Source of the DNA: Chara braunii
Taxonomy: Eukaryota; Plantae; Charophyceae
Assembly: GCA_003427395.1 (NCBI GenBank)
Contig: BFEA01000022.1
Span: 3,447,532 to 3,511,531 of the forward strand
DNA length: 64,000 nt
Direction of reading: 5' to 3'
Position numbers and translations under genes: made by a program. Below, piece after piece: positions 47,501 through 60,366 of the stretch. Under the pieces are notes generated by a model. That model saw only the letters and a list, made by a program, of their open reading frames with translations, was not told where the DNA came from and ran no database searches. Position 1 is the stretch's first letter. Each line of letters starts with the position of its first letter.

Positions 47501-50329
47501 ATTAGCTGTTAGGCCTGGCTCCCCGATATGGCACATTTTTTAACACTGCACTTCTTCCAGCAGAAATGGATGAAGTAACTTGAACACACACACACTCGCA
47601 CACAGAAGCACATAACACAAAATACCACCCTCTTATGTCATTTACGGGCCATGGTGCAAACCCTAAGCCATTAATTACCTAGCTGTCATCAGGGTTACAA
47701 GCTTGATCAAAGGTCATCGCTACTGCAAGGCTTGCCTTTCCATTTTCTTGTCTGACTGTCTGTCTTTCTGTCTGCCTGCCTGCCTGCCTCTCCAATTATT
47801 CACGCGTCCATGGAAGTCCACCTCCCTACCTTACTCTGCTATCCTTACCAATTACGTCAAGACTACAGTAAGTGCGAGGATTTAGATCCTCGGCAGTGTC
47901 TGCAAGATGTCGTGCCAGCCCTAAGTGAAGGCGGGCCTGAAAATATGTGCCAATGCTTGTTTATAGGCCTATGAGACCAGGTTGAGGGCCCCAAGCAGAG
48001 CCTGTTGGAACCCCTATGTGGGTATGGATCTTCGATTAGGCCTACGAGTTTGCTTCTCTACATGCTCCTGGAGGGCCCTTTCAGAGAGCATGAGCCCGCC
48101 CAAGTGAAGGCGGGCCCCTGAATTTCAATATGGCCTGAGTTCGTCAATTTTGGCTAAGTTTGGTGGGCGCCAGACAGTTGCCATGCGCCAGTTAGTTACA
48201 TCCTCCACACTCGTGAGAATCAGAAATAATTCTTGAGCCTTCTAGGCTCTTCCAGCAGCACAGGCGTCACGTTTACTCCTGGGTGGTTAGGCAGGCTCAA
48301 CCAATTCGGTCCCAGGCCACTGTCTAAATGGGCCTGGGCGCAGACACTTTGGCCCGATTGGAAGCTACTGGAAATAGACGAGGCCCAGCCTGGGAGCAGA
48401 CTGGGCGAGCACTTTCCATAAAGGAAAGAGCTCGCCACTGCTGGAGGCATTCGGACACTAGGCAGTGCATGCGGCAGTGCTGCTTGAGCATGCGCTCGCG
48501 GGCTGTGCGCTGGGCACTAGCGCTAGTTGCCAGGCAGTGTGCGCGGGCGCTGGAAGAAGGCAGGGCGCTGCCCATAGCCATCCCTACATAGCCAGGGCTT
48601 GGCTTGGACAATCAGTGGAGGTGGTGGTGGTCTTCGTGCATAAGGGAGAAGGCAAGGGAGGAAGACAAGGATAGGGAGAGAGTGAAAGAGATGAGGATGG
48701 TGATGTGAGGGCGCATACCTGGTATTGGCGATGGTCTGCATTGGTCGACATCTTCAAGTACTTCGGTGGCTGCTGACGTCAACAGTTGCATTGTCAATTC
48801 GTAGGCAGGAAGTAGCTGTGTAGGGAGTAGCCTGAGCGCCGAGCGCCAAGTAGGGAGAGAGGGCCTGGATACGTATGTTGGTGGGGACGAGAGTAAAGCT
48901 CTCATTGACATTTGGTTTCAGTGTTTCGATTCTCCATTGGTGTAATATTGGTGCAATGCTGCTTATCTGGACACTGTGGGACTTTCTTGCTTTCAATGGG
49001 ATTGTGCTATCTGGAGTATGTCATCTCGCTTTCTCTCGTTTTCCTTGCAATTTGGTATCGGAGCAGGTTCGAACCACTCCGCTGGTTCCTTTGCAATAGC
49101 TGTTTGGTCCTTCGTTGGGAAATGGTGGGGCAGTGATAATGCCTGTGCGTTGGAGTATAGGCGGCCTTGAGTTGAGAGGGTGCGCCTGGAAGGCTATGTG
49201 GTGACATAGGGGTGCACGCTGGATGATGAGAGCTTGCTGACGTGGCAATTTAAGCCGAGGTGGAACTGCATTGCATTGTGGGTTGTGCCGAGGCATCGAC
49301 CGGTCATCATAAATGCTTGTCAGGTTACTGGCGAGAAATCTGTGGTTGGGGGCAGCACTATGAGGTACGTTGCTCCTTACCTTATCTACCCTCTTCGTTG
49401 CTTCTTACCGTGAGGAAGTGAGTCTTGTCTTGAGAGTCCTCTCGATGTGAGGTGTCATGAGCGCTCAACCTTGAGGGTCGACATTCTTCCTGGGCAGCAA
49501 GCTGGTGGGAGACGGGCGAAGCCTCTGAAGGGCCCTGGACGAAGCACTCGGGTCACGGTCACCATGCCAACCCGCTCGGACTAGTACACGCATGCTTTGC
49601 TGCAAGTCCTTGGTCCTGCTTCCTGCGCAGTAGAGGTCATGTTGGGCATGCCAGCCCTACAAGAGACGCTCACCAGACCGTCTATAAATATTTCTGGCGG
49701 GAGGCTCGTTGCATGCGAGGATAAAGAAGATGTAGGGCTGGCAGGCTTAGTGTAGACCTGGGGCACAGGGGTGGGCCGGATTGCACACCTTTAGACACGC
49801 CATCTGAACCAAAGCCACAGGACGTCGACACAAAGTGACTACTCAAGAGGGATACAAGGGGAGGGAAGATTCCAGTAATTGCTCGAATGTTCAATATTGT
49901 AATATTTTCATTCAGCATGCATTCCAACACACAGTTTTATTTTTATTTTTGATTAGTTAGTTGTGACGGACTGCTAACAACTAACAGACTGTTGCAGATA
50001 GAGTAGTTGTTTATTCTTGCTGCAAGCATTTGTTTCAGACTAGTCAAAAGTAGGAATAAAATTCTTTGCAGGGGTATGAAACTATCTGCTGTTACCGCTT
50101 GACTGCTTCCTGATAAATCTGGACCGTATATTTAAATCTTATTTATTAAGCGGTTGGGTGCCACGCTGCGATAGGTCCCAACGAGGACACTAGTTCAGAT
50201 TGCATGCCACGTGCAGCCCTGGGGTGAAGATGACATTGAGGCTGAGACACATAGACTAGGACGAGGGGAGGATTGCTAGAGGACAAGCACTTTGTCGGCC
50301 GACCACTTGTTTGGTGTTAAAGACCAGGC

Positions 50330-50930
50330 CAGGAAAGGAGACAGCGGAGAACAGCTGAGGAGAGTTGGGTCTCGCAGAAGGTAAAGGTGGCAGCAGCCAA
50401 CGCAGTGATGGCACTAGCAGTTGTAGCAGCAGCACACGTTAGAGCCAAGGTCGAGGCAGCAAAGGCTACTGTTTCTGCAATGTCCCATGTTTCTTCCCAG
50501 ACCTCTTCGATAGGTGTTAGTCGGGGCATATCAGGTCCTTGCACTAGTCTGTCTGATGGTGTGCAGGACCGCCAACAACAACCCTTGTCAATGGAGGACG
50601 TTGAGCTCAGAGAAACGCATGCCCTTCCTACAGAGTTACAACGCCAAATACAGGACGTAGAGGATAGACGGAATAGAGCTAGAAGAAGAAAGCCTAGACT
50701 AGAGGCGAGGGAGGTGGAACTAAACAGATTAAGAAGCTTTGGATGTGGAAGCTCCTAATAAGCGGACACTTCGGTCCAGTCAGTGTGGCAGAAGTACAGG
50801 CCGTGTTTTAGGAAATGCTAGCCACATTGATAGCCGGTCAGAATTAGATTCTGGCTGCGCAGAGAGGCCCCAAGCCTACTGTGAGGCCTGCACAACCCGT
50901 TGTAGTTCCCCTAGTGGTGCCTAGTGCGTC
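50330..50930 (+). pseudogene. Possible N-terminal gag fragment (Ala-rich and coiled-coil)
   Basis: ORF 50387-50758 with an Ala-rich helix and ELQRQIQDVEDRRNRARRR; compositional evidence only. Confidence 0.3.
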
Positions 50931-50954
50931 CATGTCATTGCTGCCTATGAGCGG

Positions 50955-51716
50955 TGTCGGTGCGAATACCCTTACAAGGGTATCCACCCTGGTTTTCGCA
51001 AGCGACAAAAGATAGGTTTGGTTTAAAGTTTAGGTGTTCTGCGCGAGGCGCGGCTGTGTCTGAGGTTTACGTTGACTGGCTGACTAGATTAAAGAGTGTG
51101 TGGGCGCGCGGATTTGAGGCACGAGTGATCTTTTACTTTTTTTTATGATTGTGAAAGTCGGCGTGGTTGCCGGCGGATTTTTCTTCTGATTAAGCTAGGA
51201 TTAAAAAGGATTCCGTCTCTTGATTGGTGCGCTTGCCGGTGACCTATGCGTACGTGTGGAGAACGACATCGACAACGACGTGAGTTTGGGGACGTTTCGA
51301 TAGATCTAAGTGTTGTGCAGTACCCCTTTACTTTAGATATCAGACAATACTAGACTCAGATTTGGGGCCTACCATTATTAGTTACAGCATCGAACTTTCT
51401 TCGGAGGGATTCAAAGATCGAGATCGAGCGGCGAAGGCGCGGGAGCGTGGGAGCGGCGCTGATGAATCGAGGGGTTGAGGGCAAGGAAGGGCTATCCCCC
51501 TTGGTTTTGTCGTCGTCGGCGACGAAACGGTACTAACGGCCTCTTTTTCCTCGTTCGTCATATGCTAATGATTAAAATCTTCTAAAAGTTTTATTATGTA
51601 TTGTCGTTGTTTATTATTTTTTATGTTTCGGCGTGCTTTGAATCAAAGGCGTGACGCCGGATTTCGAGGCCGTCATCGGGATTGATGGGTCGGCTCAGGT
51701 GGCGTGAGCTCTGACA
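50955..51716 (+). repeat. LTR-like repeat, paralogous to 13747-14300
   Basis: Starts TGTCGGTGC, candidate end GCTCTGACA (imperfect inverted ends); no TSD seen. Confidence 0.65.
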
Positions 51717-52322
51717 TTGAGTCAACATACCGAGGGCGTTGAGGCGGTCGGGGATCTGGAGCGCGCGTCTCTTTTGGCTGGCGGCAAGATCCCGGCACAG
51801 GGCACAGGGCTCCACACGACGCCGACGTGGCGACGACCACGACACAGGGCTCCACACCCGTGCTGACGGACTAGGGCCACCAGCCCAAGGGGGATCTGCA
51901 CACCCTCCTCACCTCCCTCCTTGCGCCCATTCAGGCGCAACGCACGACCCTCGCGCCCTTACAGGCGCAGGGGGCGACTCTTGATGCTGGCGTGCGGCAA
52001 CTCCAGGACGCTGGCCGTCCTTCCTCTCCTCACCCTCTCTCTTCTCCTGGCTCNCAGTCCGGTTCCCCCGTCCTCCAACAGGGTGGCCACGCCGGAGCTT
52101 CCTCCTCTGCCAAGGCCGACCCGACCATCTTGGTGACCGTCCACGCCCCTAGCTCGACGGCCGCCACGAGTCAGGCCCTCCCCCAGTCTACGGGCGCACC
52201 CGCCTAGATTCCGGCCACTACGGCCATGGGACCACAACCCGCTACCATGGTCTCAGCTTTTCCGGGTACCCCACTTCTCCCTCCCCTTCGCACGACCGCA
52301 GCGCCAGCTGGCTCTCCCCCTT

Positions 52323-53843
52323 GTGGGATGTCTCGCACCACTCGTGCGTCTCCTCCTGCCACACCTCGCTCGACCTACGTCAAGGTCTCGAGGACGAGAT
52401 TGCCCTGCTCTGGGCCAACCTCGCCCTCTCACGCCTTCAACCACCCCCACCCTCCAGGTGGCCGCGCCTTCCGGCGCACCCACTTCTTCCTCTACTCTTC
52501 CTTCCATGCAGGCTTGCTTCCCTCGCCGTGCACCCTACCCATCCCCATCCTACCTCCTCGCTATCCCCTCGGTTGCTGCGACCTCTTCCACCACAGCTCC
52601 TGTGCAGCCTGCCGCCGTTCCCCCCGCCGCTCCACCATGCGGTCCGGGCGTACAATCAGTTGCGCCCCCTCCTCCAAGACCTGCGCCGACTTATTCAGCC
52701 GTAGCACAGGCCTTCGCTCCCCGTTCTCCTCGCCGCCAAAATGGTGGCGCACCACTCGTCCGCTTGACGGACATTGCCTTGTATGACGGTACATGCATAC
52801 GCGTGTCTCGGTGGCTCCAGTCTGCCACCCGCACGCTCCAGCTCATGGGCGCCCCACCCGACACGTGGGTGGCTCACCTCTCCACGTGCCTGCGTGGCGG
52901 TCCTTCCGACGCCTGGGAGGATTTCTACACTTACTCCCTTCGTGAAGGTCGGACTCCGACCTTCATGGATTTCCAGGCGGTCCTCGAGGATCGCTTCGGA
53001 GCCCGATATGACGTGACTGACGCCTTCGAGCGTGTCGTCACTACACGCTGGTCCGGCTCTGGTGGCGCTGCCGGCCTGGATCGCCACATCCAGGTCTTTC
53101 AGGACGCCCGCCTCATTTGTGATATGGCGTTCCTCCCCGAGGCTGCCCTTATCGATCGTTTCTTGGCCAGCCTCCCGCTCGAGTACCGCTCCGAGTTATG
53201 GCGGTACAAGTTCACGTCGGCCCCGCAGGCTTACGAGGCCGCCAGGGACCATCAACGGATGCGGGCCCGTCTTCACCCCGCCTCCTCCTCCCAGCCCCAC
53301 TGTACTGGTTACGCCTCCTCCTCTCACGACACTTCCCAGCGCCGTTCCCCTTTCCGCGGTCGCCCCCGCCGTTCCACGCAGCAGGGCCGCCACTTCTCGC
53401 GCCGCTTCAGCGCGCTCGAGTATGGTGAGCAGGACGCTGGTGCCCCGCTGTCGCCAAAGGGTGACCATAGCGACGACCTCGACCTCGACGAGGCCGTCCA
53501 CCACCACCTGGAGGACTGTACTCTTCCTATGGCCGAGCGCCTCCAACTCATCCTCTCCGCCCTCTCCCGGGCACGCAGCTGCCCCGGTCATGTTGGCCCG
53601 TTGCCCCCTGCGGTCCCTCAGCAGGACCTCCCTCAGGGCTTCATCCCTCCTTGCGGTGTCCTTTCCGCTGAGGAGCGCGCGGTTATTTTGGGCCGGCGTG
53701 GGTGTTTGCGCTGCCGTCAAGATGGTCACACCTCCTCGCGGTGCCCTTACACCACCGCCCTTGACCGCCACTACGCCGACCTTTCCCGCCAGCGGCGTGC
53801 TCAGTCCCCCCCCGGCGCCTCGCATCCCCGTGGCGCCTCCTAG
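52323..53843 (+). CDS. Gag (capsid plus CCHC nucleocapsid), open frame; true start uncertain
   Basis: YDGTCIRVSRWL, LRGGPSDAW, FQAVLEDRF, LIDRFLASLP and CLRCRQDGHTSSRC. Confidence 0.85.
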   Translation: MGCLAPLVRLLLPHLARPTSRSRGRDCPALGQPRPLTPSTTPTLQVAAPSGAPTSSSTLPSMQACFPRRAPYPSPSYLLAIPSVAATSSTTAPVQPAAVPPAAPPCGPGVQSVAPPPPRPAPTYSAVAQAFAPRSPRRQNGGAPLVRLTDIALYDGTCIRVSRWLQSATRTLQLMGAPPDTWVAHLSTCLRGGPSDAWEDFYTYSLREGRTPTFMDFQAVLEDRFGARYDVTDAFERVVTTRWSGSGGAAGLDRHIQVFQDARLICDMAFLPEAALIDRFLASLPLEYRSELWRYKFTSAPQAYEAARDHQRMRARLHPASSSQPHCTGYASSSHDTSQRRSPFRGRPRRSTQQGRHFSRRFSALEYGEQDAGAPLSPKGDHSDDLDLDEAVHHHLEDCTLPMAERLQLILSALSRARSCPGHVGPLPPAVPQQDLPQGFIPPCGVLSAEERAVILGRRGCLRCRQDGHTSSRCPYTTALDRHYADLSRQRRAQSPPGASHPRGAS

Positions 53844-56758
53844 CCACGGTGCAGTGTGCACCTGCGCCCTCCTCAGTAGCCGACTTCCAGACATCCCCGT
53901 CGCGGTTTGCCCCTCTCGCTACTGGAGTTGAGGTCTCGCAGGACCCGACAGAGTGTACTCAGCCCTCTGTCGCAATACCATCTGCGCCTCCGCAGACCAC
54001 CGTCTCCTCTCCTTCCCCGCCGCGACTGTCGACGCGTCGAGCCATTCGCTCAGCCCGTTGCAGCGAGCAGCTCGCTACTCGCGAGGACGTTGTGTCCTCT
54101 CTTCTGGACTTGAGCATGCTCCAGGCTCGTCAGGAGCGACTCACCCTCCATGTCGCTGCACTGCGTCGCCTTCTCGCCATCCTCTCTAACCCTGATCGCA
54201 CCCTCCCGATCATCCCAGTACGACTCGGGACCTCCACGAGGGTGTACTTACCATTGTGGGATTCCGGTTCTCAGGGCAACTTCATTCACCCATGTGGTGA
54301 AAGAAGCCCGCTTACCCACGACAGGGTCTCTGACTCCCATCTCCGTCACCCTAGGGGATGACAAGACCCAGCGCTTCTTCGATTAGACGGTCACCGACCT
54401 CCCCTTCTTCCTCACTCTCGAGCCGACTGATCGTCCCCCGGCGTCTCGTCGCCACCACTCCTCTCAACATTTCGATGTGATGGAGACGGGGTACGACTTC
54501 ATTCTCGGCACTCCGTGGTCTCGTCGGTTCCGCAGCACCGAGGCCGATTGGGCAACCAACACTCTCGTTCTCAAAACGAAGTGTGGACAGACGTATCGCG
54601 CACCTTTCATAGGTACCACTGCGACACCACGCCTCGATCCTCCTCCCCCGGAGCCTTCCGTGCCCTCACCATCTCCTTTTATCACTGTCACCTCGCCTCG
54701 GCAGTTCGCCCACTTCATCCGACAGGACGACGTCACCTTTTTTATGGTGAACGTGACGGATCTCTTACACTATGTTCCACAGTCCCGATGCCGAGCTCAT
54801 CCCTCTGGAGCCAGATCCTCCTTCTATCTTCATGGCTCCCATCTCTACTTCCGTCCCTCCGCCGTCCGTCGAGTCCACCCCACCGTCGCGCGCTGACGCT
54901 GACGCTGAGGAACTCGCACGATATACGGCTGACCTGGAGTCCGCAGTTCGTGACCTCATTCGAGAGTGTACCACAACGTTTTCCCATCGTCGTTCTCGTA
55001 CGCCGGCATCCCACCGATGCGCGACGTCGAGCACTCCATCCAGCTTGTGCCTGACTATCGTGTTGACCACCAGGCACCCTACAGACTCTCGATCCCCGAG
55101 GCCACCGAACTCAAGCGTCAGCTTGAGGAACTCCTGAGACTGGGTTTCATTAAACCCAGCAACTCCCCATGGGGTGCACCCGTCCTCTATGCTCGCAAAG
55201 CAGATTAAACTCTTCGTCTCTGCATCGACTACCGCGGTCTCAACCGCTACACGGTTAAGAACAATTACGCCATGCCTCGTTATGATGAGCTGTTCGACCG
55301 CCTAGCAGGCAACCGCTTCTTTACGAAGATTGATCTTTGTAGCGGTTACCATAAGATCCGCGTCGCTGCAGCCGACCAGCCGAAGATCGCGTTCCGATCG
55401 CGCTTCGGCCACGACGAGTTTACGGTGATGTCATTCGACCTCACCAACGCACCCGCTACCTTCTAGAGGGCGATGAACGACATCTTCAGGGACATCCTGG
55501 AGCAGTACGTTCTCGTCTACCTCGACGATATCTTGATCTACAGTCGTACCCTTGAGGAGCACCTCAGACACCTCCGCGACGTCCTTGACCGCTTGCGCAG
55601 ACATGACTTCTATGCCAAGCTGAGCAAGTGCCGCTTTCCCCAGTACAAAGTGGATTTCTTAGGACAATACGTGTCTGACCAGGGTCTCCGCATGGACGAT
55701 GCGAAGATCACTGCTATTGCGAAGTGCCCCGCTCCCACATCCGCCAAACAGCTTCGCAGCTTCCTAGGCCTGACCAGCTATTATAGTAATTTCACCCAGG
55801 GATACGCTAGGTATTCTTACGTCCTTACCTCCACCCTCCTCCGGAAGAACCCACCCTGGGCTTGGACACCCCTCCACGAAGACGCCTTTCGCGCCCTCAA
55901 GAAGGCGGTGACATGCGCACCGGTTCTTCACCTACCCGATTTTGACCGCCCTTTTATCCTTACCACCGATGCGTCAGACTTTGCTGTAGGAGCAGTGCTT
56001 TCTCAGATCTTCCCTTCCTCTCCTGATTCCTCTCATCCTCGTATCCCTCGCTTCCCACTGCCTACCCCTACCACTGCTTTCCGATTGACGCCTACTTGTC
56101 CAGCTACTGACGAGCCTTCTATTGACTATTCTCCTACCATCGCCAAGGACGGCACTGTCGAGTTTCGCTCAGGTGATTGTCCGATAGCCTTCTACTCCTG
56201 TCAGCTCTTACCCGGGAAGATAAACTACACCGCTGATGAACGTGAGGTTCTCGCAGTAGTTTATGCCGCTCGGCACTAGCGTCACTACCTGCACGGGGCA
56301 CCATTCACGATGCGCACGGACAACTCTGTTGTCCAGGCTTTTCTGACAAAGCCGAAACTCATTCCTCGACAGGCTCGCTGGTGGCGCGACCTATCTGAGT
56401 TTAGTTTCACCACTGAGCACACAAAGGGTGAGACTAATCGGGTCGCAGATGTCCTATCTCGGCGCCCTGACCACGACCAGGAGCAGATCCAGCTCTCTTC
56501 TATCTCGGTCACCACTGTTCACCACTCGGTGATCGACGAGTTTCGCACTCAGTACCGTCACTGCCCTGACTATCGCGACATCCACACGACCCTTCGGAGT
56601 GGCAAGACCGTCCCGAACTACTCTCTCGGGGACAACGGTCTTGTGTACTAGCACGGTTCACAGAGCACCAGAGAGCCCCGTATTTGCGTATTCCTTATTC
56701 TTTTGTTTATAGTCTATTGATTATAAGTCTAAAATAATTAATAGAAATAATAGATATA

Positions 56759-56817
56759 CATAGTCAATTCAACATGATCAATATGCAATGCATATTGATC
56801 ATGTTGAATTGACTATG
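56759..56817 (-). terminator. Perfect 28-bp inverted repeat at the psbM 3' end (plastid 3' stem-loop)
   Basis: CATAGTCAATTCAACATGATCAATATGC-AAT-GCATATTGATCATGTTGAATTGACTATG. Confidence 0.85.
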
Positions 56818-56920
56818 AATCACTTTGACTAGCTGTTTTTACATAAAGTATTAATAAAAAGGCTGTTGGGATAATAATAAAAAGTGTCGTTGCAATAAAA
56901 GCAAGAATATTAACTTCCAT
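56813..56920 (-). pseudogene. psbM: Photosystem II protein M, complete 35-aa frame (NUPT copy; too short for the ORF track)
   Basis: [35 protein letters not shown]. Confidence 0.95.
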
Positions 56921-57306
56921 AATTTTTTCAATATAAACAGAAAATAAATCTAAAATAGACAAGAATGTAGATTTATTTTTTGTTTATATGTATATTCTTT
57001 CATTCTCTATTACATTAATTATTACATAATCTCTCTAATGTATATGTATATGAACTCTAAAATGTATATGTATATGAATTTCATTATTTATGATGTTATT
57101 GATTCTTCTTTTTACATTCAGTACAATCATTTATAATAAAATTCCCTCTGGCCGTCATTATTGGCATGTTGCCGATTAGTATTATTGATTTCATATTGAT
57201 ATCATAAATACATTTTGTTTTTTCAAATGAAGGAGTAACTTAGAATTTAATTAAATATTCTACTGTAAATGTTAATACATTCTTACATTTTTTTTTTATA
57301 TTAGTT

Positions 57307-57491
57307 AGTATCAGCTGTAAATCCACCTGTAAGATAATCATGCATAACAATAGGCATACCTAATTCTCTTGCACATTGTACTCTCTTAAACATTTCTTCA
57401 CAAGTTCTTGCAGTAGCATTTAAATAGTGACCTTTAATTTCTCCAGTTTCTGCTTGAGATTTATAAATTGTTTCTGCTACAAATAGGAATC
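57307..57491 (-). pseudogene. rbcL: Rubisco large subunit internal fragment (about residues 217-278)
   Basis: [61 protein letters not shown]. Confidence 0.97.
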
Positions 57492-60057
57492 CTTCCACAA
57501 GACGTTGGCTCGTATGAGCCGCCTGTACGTCTGGCCAAAGCACAAGGACTTTGTGAACGACTATGTCGCAGAGTGTCCCACCCGTCAGGAGGTGAACAAT
57601 GCGAACCACTTGCCTTATGGTTTGCTCTAGCCTCTTCCTATCCCTGAGGGTAGTTGGCAGTCCATCTCGATGGACGTTATCAGTCCTCTTCGTCCTCCGA
57701 CCCCCCGCGGTCATGATGCTATCCTGGTCGTCGTCGACCGCTTCACGAAGCGTGCACGNTTTGTTCCGTGCCGCTATGCCATCAGTGCACGTGAGGTCGC
57801 CGACATCGTGTTTGGCGAGTCGTGCGTGACCACGGCTTACCTCTGAGNATCATATCTGACCGTGACCCGCGCTTTACCAGCTGATTCTGGCGACGGCTTC
57901 ACGAGGTTTACGGCACCCAGCTTCGCTTCTCCTCGTCTTACCATCCTCAAACTGATGGTCATACTGAGATCACGAACAGGACTCTCGGAGATATTCTCCG
58001 AAAGATTATTCGTGACGACCAGCAGTGGGATCTCCATCTTGCCCACGCGGAGATAGCCTACAACCACGCCGTCTCGCCAACCACGGGGATGTCGTCTTAC
58101 TATTGCGACCTCGGCTATCACCCTCGTGTTCCCGCAGACTTCCTCAGACAGTCACAGATGCACCCCAACACGAGTTGTCTCGCGGTGGATGATCAGGTTG
58201 CACACATGACGTCGATCATGAAGACCGCACATGAGCACATAGCTGCTTCCCAGACTCGCATGGCAACACGTGCGAACCGATCGAGGATGGATCATCCATT
58301 CAAAGTCGGTGATGATGTGCTTATCGACTCCCGCCACTTACAGCTTGAAGCATACACGCTTCGCAAGTTTCGGTGTCGCTTTTTAGGCCCATGCCGCATC
58401 CTCCAGGCCATCGGTTCTGATACGGCATCTAGCCCGGTCAGCTTTCGTGTGAAGCTGTCCGACTACCTACGCCAGGCTCGTGTGCACGATGTCTACCACG
58501 TCTCGTTACTGCGTCCTTACCGCAGACCGTCTGAGCGTTTCGCTGGACGACCATACGAGCGCCCTCCACCCATCATGGTGGACGACCACGAGGAGTTCCT
58601 TGTTTCAGACATCATTGGTCGCCGAGTCACCGACGACAACCCTCCCCACGTCGAGTATCTCGTACGTTGGAAGAGTTACCCTGATGAGGAGGCTACCTGG
58701 GAGCCCCTCGAGCACTTGCAACACACTCGCATCTTGGTGCGTGCCTATGACCGTGCTCGTCGTGCTTGGTTCACTGCTCCTCCTCCTTGTCCCCCGACTG
58801 AGGAGACCGCTGAAATCGAGCCTGCTCCATCTGAGGCAGACCTTCAGCAGCAGCCGGATGCTTCTGAGCGTCCACAGCGCACTCGTCGTCGTCCTGTTCG
58901 ATACGACAATTGACTCTGACTTACCTTGCCACGTCTTTGACTTCTCAGTACTCCATCCACTCCAGTTTTGCTACTTCAACTCGTCGACGTTGCGGCTCTT
59001 CCTCGACGGCATTCCGGACTTCTCATTGTAGACGTCATCGGCAGCTTCATGGACTTCGTCACGATCAGCTCTGCCTACTTCAGACGTCATCACTCTCTTA
59101 CCACTTTACCCTGTACAGTACCATGGTTGTGTCGCATGATGGTCTCCCTTTAGCCGGTTTCCTTTGAGTTGGGCTCTCCCTTGGTATACGCATAGGCATC
59201 GGGACCGTAGCGTTGCCCTGGCTTCCCATCTTACGGATCTAGCTCTGACTTCCCCAACTTAGGAGTCATTTGCATGATTCCCTTACTCATCACCTTTCTA
59301 CCCTCTGTCGGCCCTCACGCCCTAGTTAGGCACCCCCGCATGCTTCATCTAGGTGCGCCCAGTATACCAGGCTCCCTTGTTCCCTTGCATGGTCGACCCT
59401 CCATAGCGGTCACCCTTTATCCGAGCATTACCCGCCCTGATGGTCTATCTGTTAGGGTCATTGGTTCTGTTCGCTCCCAGTTCCCTGCCCTCATTGAGCC
59501 TGATGACATGTGTCTCTCTGTCACTATGTGTGGATGCCCTTAGGAGTTTTCGACCCCTAGGCTGCATTCGCCACCCTCAAAGATCATCCCACCCTTTGGT
59601 TTGCGACACACTTCTCATGTGACATATGGTTCACTTGTTGTTGTTTGTTGCTATCGGACTGAGGCTACTGCCTCTGACATTTCTAGGATTTAGTTGTTCT
59701 GCTTTTGTTGTTCTTAGGACTTATACACTAGTTAGTTGTTCCCAGACTGATGCTACTGTCTCCAACATTCTAGGATCTAGTTGTTACTACTTTCTGCTTT
59801 CCTATGACATGTATGCTAGTTAGTTGCTTCTGCTTTCCTAAGACATGTATGCTAGTTAGTTCCTTCTGCTTTCACTTAGGCTGTTAGCAGTGACATTGCT
59901 GTTTTGTGACATTTTATATCCTAGGTTGCATCGCATGGACTCAACATGGAGCTTGCTCCGCATCCTAGACTACTCGTGTTTTCTTTTCTTTGGTAGAGTT
60001 CCGTTTCTTGGAGGAAGCGTGCTCGTATCTAGGCGATCCATCACAGGCCGAGGATCG

Positions 60058-60366
60058 TGTAGCGGACCTCTGGTTGGCCTGTGAGTCCAGCCCCTTGGCC
60101 TGTTCTCACAGGCCTATGTTTTATTCGGGGCAGTCCAGTCCAGGCCGATACCTCTGTCGGTACCAGCCATTCCAGTCCAGTCTCGTCAGTCCGCTGGGGT
60201 ATACCCCAACAGTTGTCTGTTTTCGAGATCATTCTACACTGGCACGATTTGGAGTACGTGCGTTGGAGTCCTGCGTGGGAGCTGCGTTGTGCCATCTCGC
60301 TCCTCCCTCATCCTCCATCTCCATCATCATCCCAGGCGGAGCACCACACACGGTGGGTCCGCTACA
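60058..60366 (+). repeat. Probable 3' LTR (309 bp)
   Basis: 11-bp perfect terminal inverted repeat TGTAGCGGACC...GGTCCGCTACA; host repeat resumes right after; PPT unclear. Confidence 0.7.

Larger units (their letters stand above)
56691..57491 (-). other. Nuclear plastid DNA insertion (NUPT), mosaic of the psbM region and an rbcL fragment
   Basis: Sharp AT-rich island inside GC-rich pol; contains psbM and rbcL coding sequence. Confidence 0.95.
53849..58913 (+). pseudogene. pol: protease, RT, RNase H, integrase and chromodomain; frameshifted and interrupted by plastid DNA
   Basis: WDSGSQGNFI, YDFILGTPW, PSNSPWGAPVL, VYLDDILIYS, TDASDFAVGAVLSQ, ADVLSRRP, HDVYHVSLLRPY and EYLVRWKSYPDEEATWEP. 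Confidence 0.93.
51720..60366 (+). mobile_element. Chromovirus (Ty3/Gypsy), near-complete internal region; matching 5' LTR not found
   Basis: gag-PR-RT-RH-INT-chromodomain order, long 3' UTR and a terminal LTR-like unit. Confidence 0.92.

Noticed and set aside
47915-48120. Twister-like ribozyme in the GCCC..AAGTGAAGGCGGGC hairpins
   Set aside because: Only a simple repeated hairpin; twister core and pseudoknots not found
48220-49770. Decayed minus-strand gag-protease (HLDSGLGPNW)
   Set aside because: Single short motif with no supporting domains recognised
50955-51716. 5' LTR of the 51.7-60.4 kb chromovirus
   Set aside because: No similarity to the 60058-60366 terminal unit and no clear PBS or TSD
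57301-57714. 137-aa rbcL fusion gene
   Set aside because: Chance read-through from antisense integrase sequence into the NUPT fragment
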